A DNA stretch of 64,000 bases from Carcharhinus amblyrhynchos (taxonomy: Eukaryota). The stretch is from assembly GCA_965287045.1 (NCBI GenBank), contig OZ336900.1, positions 12,896,001 to 12,960,000 of the forward strand, written 5' to 3'. The notes below the pieces were generated by a model, which saw nothing but the letters and a program-made list of their open reading frames with translations, made no database searches and was not told the origin of the DNA. Positions 1 to 11,200 of the stretch are shown here, one piece after another. The translations under genes were made by a program, and so were the position numbers. Each line of letters starts with the position of its first letter. Within the stretch, counting starts at the first letter, position 1.

Positions 1-2149
1 TCTATATTTTGTTATGTACCTAAATTTAGATATGTTCTTAGTACTCTCAGTGGACTTCACACACACTGATAGACATTTTCTCATACACCGGCAAAAGTGT
101 ATTTGGTAAACAGTTCATCAAAGTAGGAACTATTGGCCTTTATATAGTGGGGAATGTAATGCCAACATAATAAGATCAGGAGCATGGACATTACAATTGG
201 TCAGAACAACACTCCAAGTTAGGGACTGGAGAAGGGAAAAGAATCTTGGTCAGAAATGAAGTCTGTGGACTTCAACTGAGAACAGACAAGATGTTGATGG
301 ACCTACAGTCAATTCTCACCACTCAGTCTCACATCAGCAGGATATCACAATACACCAAGAAAGCTAATCTGTGTGAAAACATGTTCCAAAATGAACTGGC
401 ATCTTTAGCAAAGGAGAAAAAAAATTGGATGTAAAGTTAGTCTTTTGCCTTTAGCTACTTCCTTCATATTTTGTTTGATCAGTTAAAAAGATCGCTGGTC
501 AGAGGCAGAAAAGACATGTTAACAGCAGAGATAAATGACAGCAACAGAGGTGAATGACCCTTCCTCAGTCAATTCTAGCTGGCTATGATGCCATCCCTGG
601 GTTACTCACAACACAAAAGGAATGGTGGGATGGTACAAAAGGTGTTTCTTTTTAATGCTGGACTACTCCATTTCTTGATCTCATGCAGAACATAAGAACA
701 TAAGAACAGAAGATTCCAACTGCTGGAGTAATGAAGAGAAAAAACTCAAAAATCTCCCACTGGCTCTCTAAATTATTATAATTTTAAATTCACAATATCA
801 CAATCACAAAGCAGTGGCTACTTTCAGGAGCAAAATTCAAACCACTGTACAAAGGAAAAGAATGCTTTTACCCTATTCTAATCTATGCTATCAATGACTT
901 GATGTAAAACAACACTGTAATTCTAAGGTCCTACTATGTCTAAACAAATATAAAATCTCCCCTGACCATACAAATGTTTGAAATCCATGCACCAGAAAAT
1001 ACATCATTCCATCAAACCACTGTTACACCGCTGCAGTTCACCAGCAGGGCTTTCCTATTGCACTAAAGTATATTGTGCATCTGTACATCAACATGGCATA
1101 GATCCAAGCTTGGCCGGGGCCTTTTTCTGGAACCCATGACAGCATCGAGCTCAGCATATTACAATTTATTCCCCTAGAAGCAAGAATGATACAATGTGCA
1201 CATTGTTAAAAGTTCATCTTGCTTCCATTATAGTATGCAGAGTGGTAATAAATTATATTTAGTGCTCACAGATTGCACCACGTGAACGCAAAGTCCAAGC
1301 CAAGCTGGGAGAGGCCTGGATTTCTAAGCATACCATCTGTATGAACCGGCACAGAAGGAATTGTCATAAAGTTTTTTTTAAAGGAATACATCTAAAAGAT
1401 TTCAACAAACTTTTGTTGAATTTAAGTTTACAACTGGACATCATTCTCTCATTGCCTCATCCCAACTGTATCTCAAAGTGAATATTTCCTCCCCTCCTAA
1501 GTCTATTAGTTAGATACATGTAACTCCTGGCTGAAGTTGAAAGTGCATTAAAACTGACCTTTGTGGATGAGCTGGTTACAGCAGTCAATCACTCAGTTCA
1601 TAATCTCAATATCTGTACTTGATCCATAGATAAATGTGTGCCAGATGCCAAATGGAATCACTGCCATAGCTGTGGGGATCGTGGCCAGAAGCTGTCCAAA
1701 CTTTGTTTCTTTATATGCATGGGTGCTTTCCTACACCACTGAGACTATAAACTGTTTTAAAAATAAAATTAAAATCTCAACTTTCTCAGCCATATAATTT
1801 GTCTTTAGTAGTTGGCTTCTACTCATAAGGCTTTGTGCATCATTATTTTATCATTTTATCCAGACATGAAAGGGAACTGCCCAAGGGGCCAACATCAAGA
1901 TGTTTGGATTTGCCAAGTTAAAACACGATTTTGACCGGCTGTTAGGCAAATTGTATTTAATTATTAAGCAAAATTGAAAGTCACAATACATACATTTGTC
2001 TACATAATTCTGTAGAAACCCTATCCATCACAGTTTCAACAAACTTACAACCAGCCTGTTTCATATCTCTGCCAATGCTGCTCTACATAACCATCCTTTT
2101 TCTGCTTCCTATTAACTTTATTATTTCAGCTGAGACAATTATTCTCTAT

Positions 2150-2460
2150 TAGGGTAGCATGGTGGCACAGTGATTAGCACTGCAGGCGCACAGCGCCAGG
2201 GAACCGGGTTTAATTCCCAGCTTGTGCCATTGTCTGTGCAGAGTCTGCATGTTCTGCTCGTGTCTGCGTGGGTTTCTTCTGGTTGTTCTGGTTTCCTCTC
2301 TCAGTCCGGAAGACGTGCTGGTTAGGTGCACTGGCTATGCTAAATTTTCCCTCAGTGTATCCGAACAGGCATTGGAATGTGGTGACTAGAGGATTTTCAC
2401 AGTAACTTCATTGCAGTGTTAGTGTAAGCCTACTTGTGACTGATAAATAAACTTTAACTT
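2150..2460 (+). mobile_element. tRNA-derived V-domain SINE (HE1-like head, 'AATAAATAAACTTT' tail type)
   Basis: A-box-like GGTGGCACAGTGATTAGC, degenerate B-box, V-domain TGTCTGTGCAGAGTCTGCATGTTCT...GGTTTCCTC, tail GGATTTTCACAGTAACTTCATTGCAGTG...AATAAACTTT; flanked by a 38-bp direct repeat. Confidence 0.85.
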
Positions 2461-2869
2461 TATTATTTCAGCTGAGACTATTATTCTCTATATGCAAAAA
2501 TATGGTTGCACTGCATTTATACAGCTTTAACTGCTCCAACATGTTACTTATTTTTCTCTACTATTACAAGATAGCAATCTGATGCTAATCCATGGGCATA
2601 AATAATATTTATGAAACAACCTATGATATCTCCTTGTTCCAGCTTAAATGTGGTCAAATAAATCTCCTCTTAGTATATACCACAAATTGGTATACCAAGT
2701 TCCACTAAAATTTCACCATCACCATGCATTGGTACTCTTCCACATTAATTGTAACTTGGAGAAAAGAAATCTGAGGGAAACATAATGGTAAGAAATACAG
2801 CCTAGTATGTCAATGTTCAATGCCAAGACAGATTTGTTGGCGCTATTCCTAGCTGAACCCAGAAGGACA

Positions 2870-3025
2870 CAGTTGTCTCTACCTCTCTTCGCTTCATTGT
2901 CACTCCTTAAAATCTACCTCTGTGACCAATCTTTTGGTCATCTGTTCCAATATCTCTACATGGCTCAGCATTACATTTTGCCTGATAATCTCCTGTGAGG
3001 TGTGCTATATTAATGCTAATCTTTC
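2870..3025 (+). mobile_element. Old L2-like LINE 3' end fragment
   Basis: CTCCTTAAAATCTACCTCTGTGACCAATCTTTTGGTCATCTG motif; similar stretches at ~11070 and ~42550. Confidence 0.5.
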
Positions 3026-3403
3026 TTTATTTCCTCTTCACTACATATTTAAGGCTCCACTATGTGTTACTGTGTTCGTAGTTCCAAAGAAAAGTCATAT
3101 TGGACACTAATATTAACTGTTTCTCTGACTTATTCAGCATTTTCTATTTTTGTTCAGTAATTTTCAGCCTGCTTTGGAAATACACCACTCTTCCTGAGCA
3201 AATATCTTGGCATTCCTTCCCTAATAGTTTTGTCACCATGAGAAATTCATGGGAAATGCCTGTTACCATTTTTTCAGGTCAACTCTGGCATTGGGCACTT
3301 CGCAAAAATTGAAAACAAGTTAAATTGAGATCTGTTTTATTTGTTTTTGAAATGTGGGGCATGCTGACCAAGTCCAAAAAATAAAAACAGAAGAAATCAT
3401 TTG

Positions 3404-3727
3404 TGGGCGGCATGTTGGCACAGTGGTTAGAACTGCTGCCTCACAGCACCAGGGACTGAGGTTTGATTCCAGGCTTGGGTCACTGTCTGTGTGGAGTTTG
3501 CACATTCTCCTAGTGTCTGTATGCGTTTAATCTGGGTGCGTCAGTTTCCTCCCACTCTCCAAAGATATGCAGGTTAGGTGGATTGGCCATGCTAAATTGT
3601 CCCTTCATATCACGGGGACTAGCTAGGGTAAATGCATGGGGTAATGGGGGGTCAGGCTTGGGCGGGATTGTAGTTGGTGCAGACTCGATGGGTCAATTGG
3701 CCTTTTTCTGCACTCTATGACTCTATC
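3404..3727 (+). mobile_element. HE1-like V-SINE, full length
   Basis: GGGCGGCATGTTGGCACAGTGGTTAG head, GGTTTGATTCC B-box, V-domain TGTCTGTGTGGAGTTTGCACATTCTCC, CR1-like tail ending CTATGACTCTAT. Confidence 0.9.
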
Positions 3728-4060
3728 ATAAAATCCTACAGTGCAGAAAGAGGCCATTCGGCCCATAGAGTCTGCACCAACCACAATCCCACCCAGGTCC
3801 TGTCCCCATATCCCTATGCATTTACCCACTAACCCCTCTAACCTATGCATCCCAGGATACTAAGGAGCAATTTAGAATAGCCAATCAACCTAACCCACGC
3901 ATCTTTCGACTATGGGAGAAAACCAGAGCACCTGGAGGAAACTCACGCAGACACAGGGAGAATGTGCAAACTCCACACAGTGATCTCAGCTGGGATTTTA
4001 AACCCAGGCCTCTGGAGCTATGAAGCAGCAGTGCTAACCCACTGTGCTACCATGACACCC
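3728..4060 (-). mobile_element. HE1-like V-SINE, full length, tail-to-tail with the preceding copy
   Basis: Reverse complement of the same family: CTACAGTGCAGAAAGAGGCCATTCGGCCC ... GCAGTGCTAACCCACTGTGCTACCATGACACCC. Confidence 0.9.
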
Positions 4061-4372
4061 TATGATTCATCATTGAAGCTGTTCTGAGATTTGTTCCAAA
4101 ATCTATGATGATAAATGTCCTCACAACATAAAGTACAGAGCAAAGAAAATTAATGTTTATTTTAAAAGTCAGCCACTTAATTTTCAGCAGTTATCATTAA
4201 AGTTACCAAACAATCCACTCAAAATTCAGGGAAGTACTAATTCTAATGACATGTATGTCAATACAGGAAACTATTGAGTTGGTAACACAAATACATATCT
4301 CAAAAATTGGATTGTAACTGCAATATCAGGAATATAAAACCAACTAAAACAATTCACTTAACAAGATATTTT

Positions 4373-4411
4373 GTGTGTGTGTGTGTGTGTACGTGCGCGC
4401 GTATGTATGCA
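4373..4411. repeat. (GT)n/(GC)n alternating purine-pyrimidine microsatellite
   Basis: GTGTGTGTGTGTGTGTGTACGTGCGCGCGTATGTATGC. Confidence 0.9.
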
Positions 4412-5495
4412 TGGGAGGGAAGAGTTTAATACATTGCTATCGATTCAGTTTTCCTCTGTCGCAAAATACTATAATGTTTTCAGATTCAAAGCATGTAGGT
4501 TAGGCCTAAAAGAGTAATAAAAAGAAATCAAAGTAACAGAAACCAAGTCCTGAGAAATAAAAAAATGTCAGATGACAACAATGTTCTGGAAGGTTTCAAA
4601 TTCTGTTTTAAACAAAAACAGACTTTGCTTTGGTAATGTTTTGCTGAAGGTTTTAATCTAAGCAAAAAGATATTCGAGTTTCCATCCAATTCGATCATAC
4701 AGAGAGGAGAGATGTGACAGGTGGGGGTTCTAAGTATGGCGGTATGGCTTCAAGGGTTGGTTGTCAGTTCCTGTTGGGAGCTTTGTTGAGAGTGGGTGGT
4801 TTGATCTTGAGGAAATGTGGACTAGGTCTTGCTGGATGAGATAGCATTATCCTTTGGATGTTGAAAGGTTTCATACATCCTTAATTGAGAAGCTGATTGT
4901 GACTGGGAATGAAGTTGTCATCTCTGACAATTATTTCAATGTTTCGCGTGGAACAAGGAAAAAAGCCAATATACTTCAAATGTCTAACAAAGACGTTCTT
5001 AAGACCACTGTAGTGGGCACTACTTGTTATTATCATATATACTTATGTAAAAGTCGATCTCATGTTAAAGCCAACCCATAACATTTGGCTTAAATAACAC
5101 AATTTATCATAAACTTTGCACAAAAGTTGAGCATAGTGTTACAATCAGGTTAAGGAAATGGACTGGCTCCTCCTTTCCGTACTCATTTGACAGCAACAAG
5201 TTTTCTTTAAAGCATATAGTTCAGCGAGTCTTTAACTGTTCATGTGTTGTGAAAACTACAATCATGTTTCTTTGAGTTTTTTTAAGGAAGAAAATAGTAT
5301 TTATTGTATTTAACTGAGTCTAGGAAATGCACACACTTTCATACACATTCAAATAGATTATGGAGTGGGAGGATAGATTCAATCATTTAAAGTTCAGTAA
5401 TGTTAAAGAGTATATAGCTCGTGAAAGTTGGTGACTTAGCTGGCTTCACATTGAATTTCGTGGTCTTTGGGGTTTGGCATGGAGGCAGTTTAAAG

Positions 5496-6466
5496 TAAGA
5501 ACATAAGAACATAAGAAATAGGAGCAGGAGTATGCCATCTAGCCCTTCGAGCTTGCCCCGCCATTCAATAAGATCATGGCTGATCTGAAGTGGATCAGTT
5601 CCACTTTCCCGCTCTCTCCCCATAACCCTTAATTCCCTTGTCTGTCAAAAACCTATCTACCCGTGACTTAAATATAATTAGCGAGGTAGCCTCCACCACT
5701 TCAACGGGCAGAGAATTCCAGAGATTCACCACCCTTTGAGTGAAGAAGTTCCTCCTCAACTCCGATATAAACTGCACCCCCCTTATCTTGAGGCTGTGCC
5801 CTCTAGTCCTGCTATCCTTTCTAAGCGGGAAGAATCTCTCCACCTCTACCCTGTCTATCCCTTTCATTATCTTATACGTCTCTATAAGATCCCCCCTCAT
5901 CCTTCTAAACTCTAACGAGTACAGACCCAGTCTATTTAGTCTCTCTTCATAGTCCAACCCCCTCATCTCCGGTATCAGCCTAGTGAACCTTCTCTGCACT
6001 CCCTCCAAGGCCAAAATATCCTTCCACATGTGCGGTGACCAAAACTGCACACAGTATGCCAACTGCAGCCTCACCAGTGCCCTGCACAGTTGCAGCAAGA
6101 CCTCCCTGCTTTTATATTCTATCCCCCTCGCTATAAAGGCCAGCATCCCATTCACCTTCTTGATCACCTGCGGCATCTGCAGACTGGGTTTTTGCAACTC
6201 ATGCACAAGGACCCCCAGGTCCCTCTGCACCGTAGCATGCTGCAGCTTCTTGCCCTTTAAATAATAATCCCTCCTACTATTATTTCTACCAAAGTAGATA
6301 ACCTCACACTTGCTAACATTATACTCCATCTGCCAGGTCCTCGCCCACTCGCTCAGCCTATCCAGATCCCTCCGTAGACTTTCCACACCCTCCGCGCAAT
6401 TTGCTTTTCCACTCATCTTCGTGTCATCAGCAAATTTCGTCACCCTACACTCAGCCCCCTCCTCCA
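5496..6466 (-). mobile_element. Young 5'-truncated CR1 LINE (ORF2 RT C-terminal part plus 3'UTR)
   Basis: Uninterrupted 290-aa frame 5595..6467 with KFADDTK, WQMEYNVSKC, RDLGV, YCVQFWSP, LEGVQRRFTRLIP, RGDLIETYKI, TRGHSLK; (TTCTTATG)n tail. Confidence 0.95.
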
Positions 6467-6544
6467 AGTAGATGGATAAATAATCTATTTTTCTGGAGAT
6501 AATAGCTGCTGGGTTGAGTTCTTTAGAAAGGTCTTTGACTGCAA

Positions 6545-6644
6545 TATGCGGGGTTATGGGTATAGAGCCTGGGAGGGATTGCGGTTGGCGCAGACTCGAT
6601 GGGATGAATGGTCTCCTTCTGTACTGTACAGATTCTATGATTCT
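6545..6644 (+). mobile_element. 3' half of HE1-like SINE
   Basis: GGGGTTATGGG...GGCGCAGACTCGATGGGATGAATGGTCTCCTTCTGTACTGTACAGATTCTATGATTCT matches the tails at ~3700 and ~16200. Confidence 0.8.
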
Positions 6645-7429
6645 GCAACATGTGGATAACTAAGATCAGCAGACATGCTGATCAAAAGTTGCAATTTGAA
6701 TGGAGAAAGAGTAAAGGAACCCCCTCAAGTGTCTTGCTTCTTCAGCATCTCATTTACATGTCCAGGTCTGCAGAGAAAACAAGTGCTTAAACCCATAAAG
6801 GTTAGCTGGTTTGTCACATGACCATCTCTCCAACTGCCCAGTATCCCAAATATGGTTATGGCTCGTGGATTCTAGATGTCTGCTTTACATGATGAGATTA
6901 CATCTCATGGTTTGTCTCCACCCAGTTGTGTATCCAACTGACTGACTGGATATTTTGTGATTGTTGTAGGAGATGACCTCCATTCATAATCCTTCAAGGC
7001 AATTGTTACTGGTGAAGTTTTGGAAGCAGATTGTCACCATTTCAATGACATTGGAATATAGAAGGGACAGTGATGCAAATGTTCAGCCATCTTTGATTGT
7101 GATCTCGGGTTACTGGAATTAACTTTAGACTTTTTAAAAATTCAATTAGTGATTCCCAGTCAGTAAATTCAGTCATTTTTATAAAGTACAATTTATGAGT
7201 CTATGGCTTCATAACACTAGTTCGTTAGGCTTCAAAACATGTTACAATTATTAATTACTTACCAATCATTACTATGGTTCATTAGTTTAAAGGCCTGCAT
7301 AGGAACCTTTAGATTTTTCCTTCAACAATTTTAGCAGCCATCTCCCAGCTAATTGACAAATGTAATGTGTTACAAATGATCCATCATGATGCCTTTGAAA
7401 AAGAATAACAACTACATAGTTGAACATAA

Positions 7430-8450
7430 ATCGGATAAAAAAGTGGAACGAATGGGATAACGACCATTAGCAAAATGGTATTATCATCCACAGAGCCAAC
7501 CCACTTCAAACCCTCAGAGAAGTGAAGGAGGATGAAATTCCAGCATTCAAGGCCATTGCTAGGTCATTCGCAAGATTCCTGAAAAGGCATGATTTAGCAC
7601 GCTATCAGAAAACCAAAGTTTCACAATGTCCACCAGGTGAACTTGATGATAAACTCACTAAATCTTATTTCATCATCAAGAGAAAAATATATATCGATTG
7701 GCCTGCATTGGAATTATATACAAAACACTGATGGTATCCAACACGCCAGCAAACAAGACCATTACCAGGAATGGTGAAGAAACTGCCTTTGTAAACGAGA
7801 AGATGGTGTTCATGTGGTTCCACCTTGTACTGTGCATGCCATCCAATTAAAGCTGTTGATAAGATTCAAATGAAAAATTTACCTCAAGGAAATATTTCAG
7901 AGAGGTGTCGCCATCAATGTTCACGAGAAAGGCTGGTCAGTGAAAGTGGTTGCATGAAATGAATCAACCAACTGTGCAAGTTGAAACCAGGGAAACAACA
8001 CGAAGAATAAAGTTTGCTTGTCTGGCTCATGTTCAAAACCAAACTTATCAATGACGTCGTCAGTAATGTGAGATCAAACAATATCAAAGTATTCCCAGCA
8101 GTCTTCTGAATATCATTCAGCCCTTGGATGGTGCAAAATAAACCTCACAAGGACTGTATCCAAATGGCATGGAACAATTAGATATTGGAAGGTGAAAAAA
8201 CATTCGATTAAGGTTAGAAATATGTGAGCAGCCTCAGTAGCAACACTGTGCCAATGAGTTGTAGATGAGTGCAAGGAAATCAATTCCAATATCGCCAAAA
8301 TTAATTTCTAAAATGTAGACTATCAGATGCACTCGACATTGCGAGGACGACTGCTTGTGAAAATGATGATGTTAAAGAAGAAAACGAGGAAGATTAATAC
8401 AATCGTGTTATCTGACCTGACAATTGGGAATTCTTCAGTGATTCAAATGG
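7430..8450 (+). pseudogene. pogo/Tigger-type (Tc1/mariner superfamily) transposase relic
   Basis: ORF 7522..7731 FKAIARSFARFLKRHDLARYQKTKVSQ..PGELDDKL resembles the CENP-B HTH and linker; ~8093-8125 reads IPSSLLNIIQPLD followed, after a frameshift, by NKPHKD (DDE_1 'IPGG.T..LQPLD..NKPFK' motif); multiple stops and frameshifts. Confidence 0.75.
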
Positions 8451-9129
8451 TGATCAAAGAGTAACTTCAAAGGATTTCAACATGAGGTGTTGCACTGAGT
8501 TAATCATATATTTATGTCCCATTTTATGAAATGCAATCAAAGGACAGTCTGTGCAAACGCATTCACTGGGATGATCTGTAGTAAAATATCAGCCAAATAG
8601 TGAGGGCGGAGACTAGAATCTCAGCCATTATTCTCCAGAGTAAAGCTTCCCAATATTACGCCTTGGATTGGGAAAATTGAGCTTTCCATGAATTTTGGAC
8701 AGCTGCATGCATCTGAGATGCATTCCTAGCTGTTGGGCTGCCTGAGATGTTTGTCAAGAACTTGGAAATTGCTGAATTGGGACCTTAGATACATTTGAAA
8801 TAGATAATGGAAGAACACATTTTTATTTTACTTGCCTCTGGCTGAACCTGGATAGGTGCTGGTCAGAAGGTATGCTGGTCAGGAGGGAGCAGTGTATAGG
8901 TCAGTTCTTTATCAGGATCCTGGCCATTTGAAATTTCTGTGTGGATTCATCCACTTTGGAGAGGTCAAATTTGATTCCTGGGAATTGACCAAACTCTTTG
9001 ATAGTTTGGAATATGTTGATGAATGGAAAGAAATGGCTGGTTATAAAAAGGGTAGAGCTTATTTTATTGTATTCCCTTTTGTTGAAGACTTTGCTGGGAA
9101 GCAGTTATACAGGAAATCTATATAAAACT

Positions 9130-9876
9130 GCAGAATAGCAAAGACAAGTTCTGCTTTCGGTAGACTGTGCTCCACTGCATGGGGGCATCAAGGAATCAGC
9201 CCAGCAACAAAACTGATGGTCTACAGCACCGCAGTACTCACTACCCTCCTGTATGCCTGTGAAACGTGAACTGTGTATCGAAGGCATGCAAGACAACTCA
9301 ATTGTTTCCACATGACCTGTCTTTGCAGAATATTACGCATCAGATGGCAAGACAAAGTACCAGACACTAAAGTTCTCTCCAGAGCAAGTCTATCATCAGT
9401 TCACACACTGCTGATGAGAGCACAGACCCAGTGGGCAGGTTATGTCAACCATATGCCAGACAAGCGCATACCCAAGCAGCTCCTTTTTGGGGAACTCTCT
9501 GCTGGAAGACACTTGCATGGAGGGCAGAAGAAACATTTCAAAGACACGCTCAAGGCCTCCCTAAAGTCGCTTGACATTGACACGACCACCTGGGAAACGC
9601 TGGCACAAAAATGCCCCAGCTGGTGCTGCCTCATCCACAAAGGCTGTCAAGCTTACGAAGCAAGGTGTATTGCTGAAGCACAACTTAAGCACGAGCTGTG
9701 CAAGTCCAGAGCCACCAGTGCAACAACTACAGTGCCTACATAAGTCTGTCTAATGAGTGCCAGGATGTTCCATGCCCGAATTGGCCTGATCAGTCATCTT
9801 CGGAAACACTGCATCCAGCCTCAGTATGACTAATAGCGTCGAGGTCCTCATCGATGACGATGGACGAACAACCAAC
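9130..9876 (+). mobile_element. RTE-clade (BovB-like) LINE 3' fragment
   Basis: ORF 9273..9743 YRRHARQLNCFHMTCLCRILRIRWQDKVPDTKVL...WAGYV..MPDKRIPKQLLFGEL...GGQKK.FKDTLK; 3' end GATGACGATGGACGAACAACCAACC. Confidence 0.9.
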
Positions 9877-10984
9877 CACTTGTGACACTAAAAAAAGAGT
9901 GGTTTGCTGAGAGTTTGCATTTTCAATATTGGGATTGCATATGGTCCATTTTTATTACATGATTGCAATGGCTTCTGTGACAATGCATAGTATTAATTTA
10001 GTGACCTTACTGCTTCAGGAGGAACAGAAAACCACTGAAGAATTACCAATTTCCTGATGTCATGAGAAAATGATAACACTGTTACCAACATTGTTTAAAA
10101 CACATGGGCAGTTCACTTTTTGGCTTGGTCAGACCTTTCCCATGTAGAAACATTCAAAAAACCAGACCACGATTTTCCAGTGGGTAGTGAATGAAGACCA
10201 CGTCCTTCATCATACTGACGGCTGCCTACAGACAGTTGTCAAGCTTTGGATCAACAACTTGCGCTATTTTGAAATTTCCAGCACCGTACCATCTCTATGG
10301 ATATTTGACAGCTGTGGGCTACGGAAGAGTTCGACTCTCCAAACTATCGGTTTAAACACTCTTAAAGAGCTCAAAGGTCTAAACTATGGAGCATAAATTG
10401 AATTGAATTCAGTCCAAAATCATCATCATAATGCAAAAGAGAGATGGAGGTTGAGAGGGAGAGATAGAAAAAGACAGGCAGCAAAAGTAAGAAAAATATT
10501 ATTAATCTCCAGAATTAAATTCACAATGATTGAAACTCCACACTTGTAAAATAATTCAGGGCCAGAAAGGCTGTTCAGCAGTAATTATCATGCCCTTTTT
10601 CTGGTGTTTAGTGGATGAATGCTGAAATTTCATATCATTGCACTGAATTCACTATTGAGACCATCAGAGAGGATCTTGAAGGAATTAAACTTTCAGGTTG
10701 CTGCGACAGAACTTTCAGATTTCTACATGTAAACTCACATGTGCCAATGCCAGAATTTGATTTCTAAAGTTTCTATAATAATTGTGAGCACTGACAACAA
10801 TGAGAATTCCAGATCTATCTACCTACATAGTTATGTATTACCAGTGATAAGGAATCTGTTCTGCAGTGGAAGTGGATATGTTCCAGAGCACAAGGAACTC
10901 TAGCACATTACAAGGCTACTTCTGTTTGAAGTGATCTTGTGATGAAAATAAAATATTCCCATCGCTCTTTGACTACCCATTTAT

Positions 10985-11200
10985 CAGCCATGAATTCAGA
11001 TGCCTAGGCTCTATATTCTTCAATTCCCTGCTCAGACTTCTCTTCACCCTCTCCCTTTCTTTAGGGCCCTTTTTAAAACCCACCTTTCTGATCAGGCTGT
11101 TGGCCATTCCTCCAAATATCTCTTTTGTTGGCTGGGTGATTACTTCTTTAATTACATCTTTATGAAGAGCTATGGAGTATTTTTTCAGCTGTTGATGCTG
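10985..11200 (+). mobile_element. Old L2-like LINE 3' end fragment
   Basis: TTTAAAACCCACCTTTCTGATCAGGCTGTTGGCCA, same family as ~2900. Confidence 0.5.

Noticed and set aside
2150-2225. tRNA genes at SINE heads (also 3404, 14385, 15912, 40023, 56264)
   Set aside because: A/B boxes are present but there is no complete cloverleaf, and each continues into a SINE body.
5595-6467. 290-aa ORF as a host or domesticated gene
   Set aside because: It is the standard 3' part of CR1 ORF2 with its 3'UTR and tail; it is 5'-truncated with no true start, and openness reflects young age.
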